Shown here piece by piece: positions 47,653 to 56,305 of a stretch of 64,000 nucleotides of DNA. The notes beneath the pieces are model-generated. The model was not told where the DNA came from. It searched no databases and saw only the letters and a list, made by a program, of their open reading frames with translations. Origin of the DNA: a virus. Taxonomy: Duplodnaviria; Caudoviricetes. How positions within the stretch are numbered: the first letter of the stretch is position 1; each line of letters starts with the position of its first letter. The stretch covers positions 64,001 through 128,000 of IMG/VR virus record IMGVR_UViG_3300028549_001457. One strand, written 5' to 3'. The position numbers and the translations under genes were made by a program.

Positions 47653-49566
47653 GTGAAGAACTTTCAAAGGGGTTCTGTTTTTACGATGGATTCCACATTT
47701 AAAAAATACATGCATATAGACGGGGGCACTCTTAGGATGTCTCTGACAAGCCTTTCTTTGGTGTTGTCTACCCCTCTTGGCGTGGTGGTTATTATTCTTA
47801 GTTATCTCGTTTTTGGGTTAACTCATTGGTTTGTTGGTGTCCTATTAGCTCTGGCCCTTTTTACGCTATTCATGCTAAGAGTTGTGCATGTCCATTTCAG
47901 CAACCCCCTTCTGCGATTTTCTCAAGGTATCCGTGAGTTGGATTCTCAAACCCCTCTAGAGGGGACTTCCTGCCTGGAGTTATCCAAGGTTAATGATTCT
48001 TTCTCTGCCCTAACAACCTCTCTCTATGATAAAGATATACGGGTTTCTAGGACTTTGAATACCCTCGAAGATTTAGTAGCAGAGAGAACGCTTGAGTTGT
48101 TAAAAACAAATACTGAATTGCTACTTGCTAATGAGTTAGCAGAATCCGCTGCACATGCTAAATCGGTTTTTCTCACTCATATGAGTACCTCCCTACGAAC
48201 TCCTCTTAATGGTATCCAAATTTATGCTGAGTTGCTAACAGACGCTCTTCAGGAGCTTCCAGTCTCATCTGATGCCCTTGATGATGTAAAACGAATTCAA
48301 AAATCTGCCGATCAGCTTTTGGAGACTATTGATCGAATACTAGACTATGCTCAAGTTGAAATTGGGCATATTAACATTGAGTCAGATACTATCCTTTTGA
48401 TAGACTTTATTAAAGAATGCGAATCTTTAAGTAGGTCTATGGCTAAAAAAGGTAATAACTGGTTCGACTTAATGTTGTCTCCAAACCTTCCAACATATAT
48501 CTCCACGGACCATAAGAAGCTTAAGCATGTCTTAATATCCTTATTAGATAATGCTAATAAATTTACTCACAAGGGGCATGTCAGACTTCATATAGATGAT
48601 GATGGGGATTTTTTAGTATTTACCATCTCAGATACTGGTGTTGGAATACCCCCAGAAGATCTTAAGAGTATGTTTGTTGAGTTTATTTCCAGCAACAAAA
48701 AGGGTGTGACCTCCCTGGGACTTGGATTAACGCTTACAAAAAAATACTTGGATTTGCTGGGAGGAACCATCTCAGTTAGATCTACCCTAAAACATGGAAC
48801 TGTTTTTACGGTAAAGATACCCAAGCTAGCTAAATATTTGGTTAGAAAGAATTCCTCCACGGTTCTAATTATGCTCCCAGACACCCCTGTGCGTAATGAG
48901 TTGATATCTAAGTTAACTCAGCTAGGGTTATGGACCACTGTAGTGGAGACCTTAGATGAATGTATTAAAATATCAACCTCCTTAGGGCCTCAGACCATTA
49001 TATTGGGTATTACCCGCCCTGAAGATTGGGATACGCTACTGCAACTAGGGAATTCTCTTCCTCAGCGGTGTAGGGTTCTCTGCATACAGTTTGCTGAGGA
49101 TTCAATGGAGGGGTCCATTGTAGAGGTGCGTGAGATTGTTAAAAAGCCCATTAAAAGGGATCATTTAGCGTATGTTCTTAATAGCTACGCGGCTCCCAGA
49201 AAGTCCCCCAGGGTCCTAATAATTGAAGATGATAGAGTTACTGCGTTAGCCCTATCTAGGCAAGTTGAATCGCTTGGTTGGAAAACAACTGTTGTTTTTT
49301 CAGCAGAGGCTGCGCTTCCTCACTTAGAAGTCCCCACCATAGATTTGCTTCCCTCTTTGGTGCTCCTTGATTTAGGGCTACCTGGGATGGGTGGGGCGGA
49401 ATTACTTGAGACACACTCACATATTTTTAGGGACCTACCTGTCGTGGTGGTTACTGGATCTTCCGTGTCAGGGGGTGATTTAGCTAGGATAAATATGTTC
49501 GATACTAAGGTTCCCATATCGGAAATAGCTGTGGGTGTTGCTGCTAAAGTTAGTAGATGGTCCTAG
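47653..49566 (+). CDS. Hybrid sensor histidine kinase homolog lacking the phospho-His (TM-TM-HAMP-HisKA*-HATPase-REC*-REC)
   Basis: H-box AKSVFLTHMSTSLRTPLNG, N-box LLDNANKFT, G1 DTGVGI, G2 LGLGL, GTVF. REC1 has Gly at the Asp site. REC2 has EDD...LLD..LPG...VVT..K. Confidence 0.85.
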   Translation: MKNFQRGSVFTMDSTFKKYMHIDGGTLRMSLTSLSLVLSTPLGVVVIILSYLVFGLTHWFVGVLLALALFTLFMLRVVHVHFSNPLLRFSQGIRELDSQTPLEGTSCLELSKVNDSFSALTTSLYDKDIRVSRTLNTLEDLVAERTLELLKTNTELLLANELAESAAHAKSVFLTHMSTSLRTPLNGIQIYAELLTDALQELPVSSDALDDVKRIQKSADQLLETIDRILDYAQVEIGHINIESDTILLIDFIKECESLSRSMAKKGNNWFDLMLSPNLPTYISTDHKKLKHVLISLLDNANKFTHKGHVRLHIDDDGDFLVFTISDTGVGIPPEDLKSMFVEFISSNKKGVTSLGLGLTLTKKYLDLLGGTISVRSTLKHGTVFTVKIPKLAKYLVRKNSSTVLIMLPDTPVRNELISKLTQLGLWTTVVETLDECIKISTSLGPQTIILGITRPEDWDTLLQLGNSLPQRCRVLCIQFAEDSMEGSIVEVREIVKKPIKRDHLAYVLNSYAAPRKSPRVLIIEDDRVTALALSRQVESLGWKTTVVFSAEAALPHLEVPTIDLLPSLVLLDLGLPGMGGAELLETHSHIFRDLPVVVVTGSSVSGGDLARINMFDTKVPISEIAVGVAAKVSRWS

Positions 49567-49628
49567 CCCATCATTTCCCCCTGTATTACTACTGGGTGGG
49601 CTAGCTCAAGTTCAGTCCGCTGGCATGG

Positions 49629-50189
49629 GTGCATATGAGTCTACCTTTAGAGATCCTTCTCGGGCATGTGCCCGTCTTCACGTTTGAAGATCAGACTTGT
49701 GGGCTCTGCCTCTTAGCCTCTCAGCTACGGGACTCCTTTTTTGAGCTACAACGCGAAGAGGCTGGCCCTAGCCTAGCTATTGTGACAAAAAATTGCTCTC
49801 CCGCACGTATTATATCTGAGTGTATCCCTGAGTTGCCAGTTGAAGGTCTTGGGGATTCAGAGAATTATGTGGTCACTATTTTGGCGAGTGCTGCTTTTAC
49901 TGGGTATGTTCAGAGAACCCTCTTTGAAATCTGGGCTCGGATAGAGGTAGGGAAAGAAGTTCCAGATCTCATTGGAGGAATCCTGACGATAGAGGGGGTT
50001 TATAAAGGATCTAAAAAGGCACTCTACCAAGTGATTAAGCTGGAAAATGGGTGGGCTCAATATCGTGTGCATCCATTTTCAAGGGATGATTCTGGGGTGG
50101 CGTCTTTGGTTGGGACCCCAATTGTTGAGGGGACTGAAGATGGTCCCCTTGACTTTACAGCATTTCTTGAAAATAATATAAATGGCTGA
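49629..50189 (+). CDS. Hypothetical protein
   Basis: 186-aa ORF, no recognised motif. Confidence 0.55.
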   Translation: MHMSLPLEILLGHVPVFTFEDQTCGLCLLASQLRDSFFELQREEAGPSLAIVTKNCSPARIISECIPELPVEGLGDSENYVVTILASAAFTGYVQRTLFEIWARIEVGKEVPDLIGGILTIEGVYKGSKKALYQVIKLENGWAQYRVHPFSRDDSGVASLVGTPIVEGTEDGPLDFTAFLENNING

Positions 50190-50358
50190 CACCATTGTAG
50201 TTACTCTAAATATTCGTGCTCACCAAACTTCATGTTTCTCCTTTGGTAGGCTCGGTTTTTCCGACATCATTGCAGGTAGTTTTTTGTGTCTCTCAGTCTC
50301 ACGAATCTTCTTACAAGTTTGTTACCATGGCGCGGCCATGTCTGAGGTTCTACCCTAA
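50182..50358 (+). CDS. Possible 58-aa ORF (MADTIVVTLNIRAHQ...) not in the track
   Basis: ATG overlaps the stop of the previous gene, as other coupled genes here do. It competes with track ORF 50216-50419. Confidence 0.3.
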   Translation: MADTIVVTLNIRAHQTSCFSFGRLGFSDIIAGSFLCLSVSRIFLQVCYHGAAMSEVLP

Positions 50359-50402
50359 CTTAAATTTAACATTAATAAAACTTCTATTTATAGGAGCTAT
50401 CC

Positions 50403-51002
50403 GTGCTATCTGTCCTTGAATCTACTGGTGTGAATACTTCCACGGCAACTTTATCCGTAGATATTCAAGAATTAACCGGAACTAAAAATGGGCACTCCGT
50501 TTCGTTTCTCCCCAGATCCTCTTTCCAAACTCAGGGACTTGGGGTCCCCGTTGCAACTGTTGAGCCCGTTGCAACTGCTAACCCAGTAGCCCCTGAGCCA
50601 ACTCCCCTGAAGAAGCTCCCTAATAGGCGAGGTGGGTTCAACCAAGTTTTAAAGATGTCCGATGGGATGAAACTCTATCTTAGAACCGGGGAATTCGCAG
50701 ATGGCTCCCTTGGTGAAATCTTCGTAGATACCCAAAAAGAGGGAACCTTTGCTAGGTCAATGTTAAACTGTTTTGCCGTTGCGATTTCTACGGGACTCCA
50801 GCATGGTGTTCCTCTGAGTGTTTTTGTGGACCAGTTTAAGACTGTTATGTTTGAGCCGAAAGGCCCCGTTAGCGGTTCAGATGTTGTTTTTGAGGCTACG
50901 TCCATTATTGATGCCCTTTTTAAGGAATTAGATGCCGCCTACCCTGACGGGGTGGCCCCCATTCCGGCTCCCGTTCGGTCCCCAGTCAAGCAGAATATGT
51001 GA
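50403..51002 (+). CDS. Stand-alone TSCPD-domain protein (class II ribonucleotide reductase C-terminal domain homolog)
   Basis: KLPNRRGG...KLYLRTGEF.DG.LGEIFVD..KEG...AVAIS.GLQHGVPL..FVDQF....FEP.G.V...ATSIIDALFKEL. TAGGAG RBS. Confidence 0.8.
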   Translation: MLSVLESTGVNTSTATLSVDIQELTGTKNGHSVSFLPRSSFQTQGLGVPVATVEPVATANPVAPEPTPLKKLPNRRGGFNQVLKMSDGMKLYLRTGEFADGSLGEIFVDTQKEGTFARSMLNCFAVAISTGLQHGVPLSVFVDQFKTVMFEPKGPVSGSDVVFEATSIIDALFKELDAAYPDGVAPIPAPVRSPVKQNM

Positions 51003-51095
51003 ATTTAGTTCTTTCCTTTATATAGGATTGTCTTAATACGGTCCTTTTAACAAGTCCAACGGTGCAACGCACCCACAATTTAGGAGTTCTTTTCC

Positions 51096-51818
51096 ATGAG
51101 TGAACTAAATCGTCTTCTTCGTCAAGCTGCGCGTATTACGGCTGGGGTCTCCCCCAACACTGATAGATCCGTTGAGGATCACAAGGATGATGCGTCTTAT
51201 GTAACGGCTTTGGCTACTGAAAAAAAAGCTTCTCTAAAGAAGGCCGATGCTGACCCCAACACGGATCAGGCTGAGGAAGATCACAAGGGTGACGCCGCAT
51301 ACGAGACAGCTCTTAACCCAAAGGTTGGCTCTAAGCGTAAGTTAGCTGAATTTTCTGCCCCAGAGCCTGAAGAAGAGGTGTCTGAGGCTCTTGACGCTGA
51401 AACTTCTGAGGAGGACACCCCCCAGGAAGATGTCATCGAATCCGTTACCAATGCCGACCTAGTGGAAGCTCTTGAGGATGTCAAGCAGGGTGTTATGGAT
51501 GCTCAGGAAGAAGCTGGGGAAGGCCCCGCCGCAGACCTCCTAGCGGCAATCCATGAAATTATTGAGGCCGTTGATGCCATTCAGGATGCTGTTTCTGTTG
51601 ATGCAATGAACGACCCCGCCGCTGAAGAGGCTTTTAAAACCGCCTCAAATTTCAAGAAATTCTTCATTAATGAGAGGAACATTAAGGCTGCTAAGGTTAT
51701 CCGCCAGAAGTTAGCCGCTCATCAGGCCGCTACCGCTAAGGCACCCGCTCCCAAAAAGGCTTCTGTTAAGAAGGCATTTGACCCGGCTGTCCTCGCACGA
51801 GCTACCAAAAAGAACTAA
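51096..51818 (+). CDS. Acidic protein with internal duplication and basic tail, probable head-internal/scaffold-like protein
   Basis: TAGGAG RBS. Two PNTD..EDHK.DA.Y.TAL repeats 102 nt apart, Glu/Asp-rich centre, K/A-rich C-terminus. Confidence 0.55.
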   Translation: MSELNRLLRQAARITAGVSPNTDRSVEDHKDDASYVTALATEKKASLKKADADPNTDQAEEDHKGDAAYETALNPKVGSKRKLAEFSAPEPEEEVSEALDAETSEEDTPQEDVIESVTNADLVEALEDVKQGVMDAQEEAGEGPAADLLAAIHEIIEAVDAIQDAVSVDAMNDPAAEEAFKTASNFKKFFINERNIKAAKVIRQKLAAHQAATAKAPAPKKASVKKAFDPAVLARATKKN

Positions 51819-51837
51819 CTAACTAACCTTATTTGAG

Positions 51838-51870
51838 AAGACCTGGGTCTACGGATTCAGGTCTTTTTCT
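51838..51870 (+). terminator. Rho-independent terminator with C(UACG)G tetraloop
   Basis: AAGACCTGGGTC-TACG-GATTCAGGTCTT (12 bp, two G:U), then TTTCT. Preceded by TAACTAACTAAC, which has stops in all three frames. Confidence 0.8.
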
Positions 51871-51884
51871 TGTATAGAGTATGT

Positions 51885-52367
51885 ATGCCTAAACTAATCT
51901 TACCTCCAAGCAACTCGTTTGACCCAACTCCTGAGGAGTTGCCCGAGGAGTCTCCTCAGGATGCCATCGGTGTAAGCGTCAGCCAGACTAAACTGCAAAA
52001 AAAGCCTCAGACTCAGATACATCCTGAAGCTATGCATAAATGCCTTCATGACATTAGGGAATACCGGGCCATGCTGGATGTTTCTAAGGGAAATCTCCAG
52101 CAAGTCCTATCTCTGGTATCTCGGGCCTTATCTTTAACAGAGGAAATTGAGGCTAGGCTTCGTACCACTAGGGCTATTAAGACTTCCGACCACTTTGAGG
52201 CTCTAGAACTTGCTAACCAGGAGTTGACTCGAATAGTTTGCACCACAATCCCCCGTAGCTTTTTAAATGTTTCTGCTTTTGTTGTGGGTAAAGCCCCTAC
52301 AATGCGGGACTCCCTTACGGATAGCCTAGTAGCCCTTACACATCCTCCTGAGACGAAACCGAAATGA
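51885..52367 (+). CDS. Hypothetical coiled-coil protein
   Basis: ATG 51885 preferred to TTG 51870, which lies in the terminator tail. Confidence 0.55.
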   Translation: MPKLILPPSNSFDPTPEELPEESPQDAIGVSVSQTKLQKKPQTQIHPEAMHKCLHDIREYRAMLDVSKGNLQQVLSLVSRALSLTEEIEARLRTTRAIKTSDHFEALELANQELTRIVCTTIPRSFLNVSAFVVGKAPTMRDSLTDSLVALTHPPETKPK

Positions 52368-52726
52368 CATTTATATTCAATGCAGATTCAGATGTGCATA
52401 TTGAAATTGCGGAGGATATTCTTGAATGTCTTCATGCTAAGTCTAAGTGGGCAATGGGGGCCTGGACCTGGGTGAGCTTAAGTAATCTTCAAGTTTACTA
52501 TGATACTAAGCTAGTTCATACTTTTACCGGACAAAGCTACCCCGAAAAATATTCGCTAGCCTCTTTCTTAAAACATCTAGTTTACGTAGGGATTGTTGAA
52601 CAGAATCAAGAACTCTTCTTAAGGGATTTGTTTTTTAGGTTAACTAAAGAAGGCCGTGCAATACTTGAGCAAAAGGGTGACGCTCTGTATCTATTTCTGT
52701 TAACTCAGAAACATCTATCTAAATAG
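52364..52726 (+). CDS. Putative winged-helix DNA-binding protein
   Basis: ATGA coupling. FLKHLVYVGIVEQ...FRLTKEGRAIL resembles the wHTH wing (L...G.VE...Y.LT..G). Confidence 0.45.
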   Translation: MTFIFNADSDVHIEIAEDILECLHAKSKWAMGAWTWVSLSNLQVYYDTKLVHTFTGQSYPEKYSLASFLKHLVYVGIVEQNQELFLRDLFFRLTKEGRAILEQKGDALYLFLLTQKHLSK

Positions 52727-52736
52727 ATCACTCGTT

Positions 52737-53522
52737 TTGCCTTCTGATGAAGGCTATATCATGAGTGCCCATATGAACATAGATAACCAAATCCTCCAAA
52801 TTCAACGCGAGGTTGCTAGATCTATATCCCTAGGAGTTCTGTGTGGCCTACAGCCTGGGGGAGTCCCCTATGCTACGTATACTCAAGGGGAGGGGGATGT
52901 TAGGTATTCCTCCGACACATACGAAATCCCCGCCAGTAGTTTTTTTCAAGAATCTTTTCACTTGGCATCTAATTTAGCACTACCTCTTTCCAAGTTGGTT
53001 GCCCATGAGATGGGCCTCCCCAAACCACCTGAAGATAGTTTATTGAGCCTTCTAGCTGGGTATCCGTTTATATTCGCTACCTATGGGCTCTCTACTGTCG
53101 GTGATGACATCCCAATAAATATTGAGTTGTTAGAAGACATTACGTTTACGCATTTCATGCTTGTCGGGGGGGAGGCTAGGATTGGCAACGATGCGGTAGG
53201 GTTTGTTGTATCTCAAGAGTCTCAGCCTGGGGACCTTATAGAAGCTATAGGTTTTGTATCTCCGAGTAGTGTTATAGCTCCGGGCTACTCGGAAGTCCAT
53301 CTAAAAAATCTCGTGCAGCAAGAAAATCTATCCATGAAGACTATTTTAAATGCTCAAGAATCCTTTACATCTTCTTTTATAGAAGAGGTGGCCGCTTTGG
53401 GTGATGTTAACCTTCGTGCAAAAATTGTGTATGGAGTTGCTAGCTCACCATTTAACAATATTGACCAAGTTATTTCAAAGATTAGCCTCAAACGTAATAA
53501 GAAAAGAAAGGTCTCAAACTAG
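52737..53522 (+). CDS. Hypothetical protein
   Basis: 261-aa ORF. The start could be ATG 52761. Confidence 0.55.
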   Translation: MPSDEGYIMSAHMNIDNQILQIQREVARSISLGVLCGLQPGGVPYATYTQGEGDVRYSSDTYEIPASSFFQESFHLASNLALPLSKLVAHEMGLPKPPEDSLLSLLAGYPFIFATYGLSTVGDDIPINIELLEDITFTHFMLVGGEARIGNDAVGFVVSQESQPGDLIEAIGFVSPSSVIAPGYSEVHLKNLVQQENLSMKTILNAQESFTSSFIEEVAALGDVNLRAKIVYGVASSPFNNIDQVISKISLKRNKKRKVSN

Positions 53523-53551
53523 CTCTCCTTTATGATTGGACTAAATACTTT

Positions 53552-53935
53552 ATGGCGACTCAAAAAACTGCTCTGAAAATTTACGTAACATGCCCTAGAT
53601 CTCTTGTTTCCTCTGCGTGGTCTAAATTGTCAGAGTCAACTGGGTGGGCTCCTGAAAAATCCTCCGAATTGCGGGATGAGTTCTTTAGGCTAACTGCAGA
53701 ACGGGCGGGTAAAAAACAACCCGGAGCTAAATTCCCTGATAATTTTGTTTTTACTAGATCCTATAAGACACATATTGGTAGGTTTATGGTGGTTGCTCAC
53801 TTCGCCCCCATTTATAATGAGGACGCAAGTGTTACGCTGCACCTCATTCAATTTGGTGCCTACTTTAAAATATGGGAGTCTGAGAAGGTTACCCAAGTCA
53901 ATTCAGGGGACGTAGATACCTACACGCAAGCTTAA
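53552..53935 (+). CDS. Hypothetical protein
   Basis: 127-aa ORF, no recognised motif. Confidence 0.55.
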   Translation: MATQKTALKIYVTCPRSLVSSAWSKLSESTGWAPEKSSELRDEFFRLTAERAGKKQPGAKFPDNFVFTRSYKTHIGRFMVVAHFAPIYNEDASVTLHLIQFGAYFKIWESEKVTQVNSGDVDTYTQA

Positions 53936-53980
53936 TCTCTGCAGGGGCCTTAAATTTAACCATTCCAGGAGGCCTCGGCC

Positions 53981-56251
53981 ATGCGCTACTTTAATAGTAT
54001 AAATCTTCAAGATGCCCCCATAAAGAACCTTGTTCTTGAGCAACTAGCTACTGATCCTAGTAGCCCATCCCAGGGTGAACTCTGGTATAATACAACTGGC
54101 AACCTACCCAAGATTATGCTAAATGATCGGGTTATGACTTTTACCGATCAATACATTTCATCCGTTTCTGGGTCGGGGGTTGTCGCGGTTTCTGGTGGTC
54201 TGAATCCCACGATATCCCTAACATCTTCTGCAGTTTCTGGACAGGCTCTGCTTTCAAGGGGTTCCGGGGTAGCTCCTTCTTTTGGAGCCCTTAACTTAGC
54301 TGGAGGGGTCTCTTTTGTCTCGGGGGTTCTCCCTGTAGCCAATGGTGGGACTGGCGTATCCACCGGGGCTGCTAATTTATTTTTTGGGACCCCCACTGGT
54401 GCCGCTGGTGCCCCCGGTCTCCGCGCAATTGTGGTAGCAGACCTTCCCACGATCCCCTGGTCAAAAATAGACGGAGCAACTACTCCTATAACGCTTAGTG
54501 GCTATGGGATTTCTGATGCTATTAACGTTAGCCAGAAGGGTGCTGCAAGTGGGGTAGCCACTTTAGACTCTGGGGGAAAGATCCTCGTCTCCCAGCTTCC
54601 CTCTGCCATAGTTGGGGGGATGGTTTATCAAGGGGTTTGGGATGCCTCCGCTAACACTCCTAGCATCACTTCAGGGTCTTCCTCTGAGGTTAATAAAGGC
54701 TACTTCTATAAAGTTAGTTCCGCTGGGTCCACTACTGTAGACGGGAATTCTTCCTGGCAGATCGGTGACTGGATTGTTTCAAATGGAACTGCGTGGGACA
54801 AGATTGATAATACGGACTCCGTTTCATCTGTAGCAGGTAGAACAGGGGCTATTACCTTAGCTGTATCGGATATATCTGGAGCGGCTCCCTTACTAAATCC
54901 CACATTCTCAGGCACAGTTACCGCTACAACTTTTTCAGGGTCTGGTGCTTCTCTAACAGATATTCCTAACTCTGCATTTATCAATAGTTCTATTACGGTG
55001 GGCTCTACACAAATTTCTTTGGGAGCCTCCACCACAACATTAGCCGGGTTAACCTCTGTGACTGCCACCACTTTTGTGGGTGCTCTTACCGGGACTGCCA
55101 CTAATTCTACAAATGCAGGGATTACTAACGATGTAGCTACTTCCACGGCAGTTTACCCAACTTGGGTATCTGCCAACACTGGCAATCTCCCCGTTAAGAC
55201 TTCTAGCACAAAGCTGTCATTTATCCCTACTACAGGTATTCTCACGGCTTCTGGATTTGTTGGATCTGGAGCAGGGTTAACCGCAATTCCCAATTCTGCT
55301 TTAACCAATAATACAATAACAGTGGGAACCACTGCCATCTCTCTCGGTGCGTCCGCTACCATTCTGGCTGGCTTGTCTTCCGTAACCGCCACTACCTTTG
55401 TTGGGTCTCTAACCGGGACAGCTTCCTCTGCCACTAATACTGCTATTATAAATGATGTTGCCACTGCAACTGCGGTTTATCCAACTTGGGTTTCTGCAAA
55501 CACGGGGAATCTACCTCAAAAAACGTCCAGTACAAAGCTGTCTTTTGTTCCTTCTACGGGGACCCTCAGTGCTACTTCGTTCTCTGGGGCACATTCGGGC
55601 TCTGGTGCTGGTCTAACAGCCATTCCGAACTCCGCTCTAACAAATAGTTCTATTACCATTGGTTCCACGGCTATTACGCTTGGAGCTTCCTCAACAACCT
55701 TAGCTGGGCTCTCGTCTGTAGCCTCCACTTCATTCATAGGGTCCCTAACAGGTAATGCTTCTACGGTAACAACCAATGCTAATTTATCGGGGGATGTTTC
55801 CTCTGTTGGCAACGTTACTACGTTAGCTACCGTGGCAACTGCAGGTACGTATGCTAAGGTTACTGTCAATGTCAAAGGTTTAGTAACATCTGGGGGAAGT
55901 CTCGCGGCCTCAGACATCCCATCCCTAGACTTCTCTAAGATAGTTACCGGAACAGTTCCTGTAAACCAGGGTGGGACGGGGGCTACAACGGCTGCGGCTG
56001 CGAGGGCCAATCTGGGTGCCGTAGGTAAGTCTTCTGATTTAATTGGTGATGGTTCCACAACCTCTATTACTTACACACATGGGCTTGGGCTAGCGTCCAA
56101 GAATGCTTGTACAATTACCGTATGTATTGAAGCTACAGGTGAGGTTATCATGCCAGATATCTTCATTATTGACGCTAACTCCATCCTACTTGTGTATGGT
56201 CCTGGGCTACAGCCAGCCTTGGACGCACATCGAGTCACTGTCATAGGTTGA
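53981..56251 (+). CDS. Fibre protein with internal ~108-aa repeats
   Basis: GGAGG RBS. GELWYNTT, LPVANGGTG, YQGVWDASANTP...GDWIVSNGTAWDKIDN, TVNVKGLVT, GTVPVNQGGTGAT are fibre motifs. Confidence 0.75.
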   Translation: MRYFNSINLQDAPIKNLVLEQLATDPSSPSQGELWYNTTGNLPKIMLNDRVMTFTDQYISSVSGSGVVAVSGGLNPTISLTSSAVSGQALLSRGSGVAPSFGALNLAGGVSFVSGVLPVANGGTGVSTGAANLFFGTPTGAAGAPGLRAIVVADLPTIPWSKIDGATTPITLSGYGISDAINVSQKGAASGVATLDSGGKILVSQLPSAIVGGMVYQGVWDASANTPSITSGSSSEVNKGYFYKVSSAGSTTVDGNSSWQIGDWIVSNGTAWDKIDNTDSVSSVAGRTGAITLAVSDISGAAPLLNPTFSGTVTATTFSGSGASLTDIPNSAFINSSITVGSTQISLGASTTTLAGLTSVTATTFVGALTGTATNSTNAGITNDVATSTAVYPTWVSANTGNLPVKTSSTKLSFIPTTGILTASGFVGSGAGLTAIPNSALTNNTITVGTTAISLGASATILAGLSSVTATTFVGSLTGTASSATNTAIINDVATATAVYPTWVSANTGNLPQKTSSTKLSFVPSTGTLSATSFSGAHSGSGAGLTAIPNSALTNSSITIGSTAITLGASSTTLAGLSSVASTSFIGSLTGNASTVTTNANLSGDVSSVGNVTTLATVATAGTYAKVTVNVKGLVTSGGSLAASDIPSLDFSKIVTGTVPVNQGGTGATTAAAARANLGAVGKSSDLIGDGSTTSITYTHGLGLASKNACTITVCIEATGEVIMPDIFIIDANSILLVYGPGLQPALDAHRVTVIG
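54938..55760 (+). repeat. Degenerate tandem coding repeat, about 2.5 copies of 324-336 nt
   Basis: Units begin GSGA.LT.IPNSA at 54938, 55262 and 55598. High protein identity with divergent synonymous positions. Confidence 0.9.
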
Positions 56252-56261
56252 TTTTTATATA

Positions 56262-56291
56262 GGTGTCCCCTTTTAATAGGGACACCACTTT
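56262..56291 (+). terminator. Putative terminator/hairpin between fibre genes
   Basis: GGTGTCCC-CTTTTAATA-GGGACACC, then ACTTT (weak U tract). Confidence 0.45.
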
Positions 56292-56305
56292 GATCAGGAC
56301 CCCTC

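Noticed and set aside
50216-50419. Track ORF of 67 aa
   Set aside because: No RBS, it runs through the AT-rich upstream region and RBS of the TSCPD gene, and a coupled alternative ORF (50182-50358) is at least as plausible.
54148-56058. Long minus-strand ORFs (100-180 aa) opposite the fibre gene, and similar antisense ORFs elsewhere (e.g. 27770-28201, 38084-38446, 44178-44630)
   Set aside because: These are shadow frames of Thr/Ser/Gly/Ala-rich + strand genes, with no RBS and no recognisable motif.
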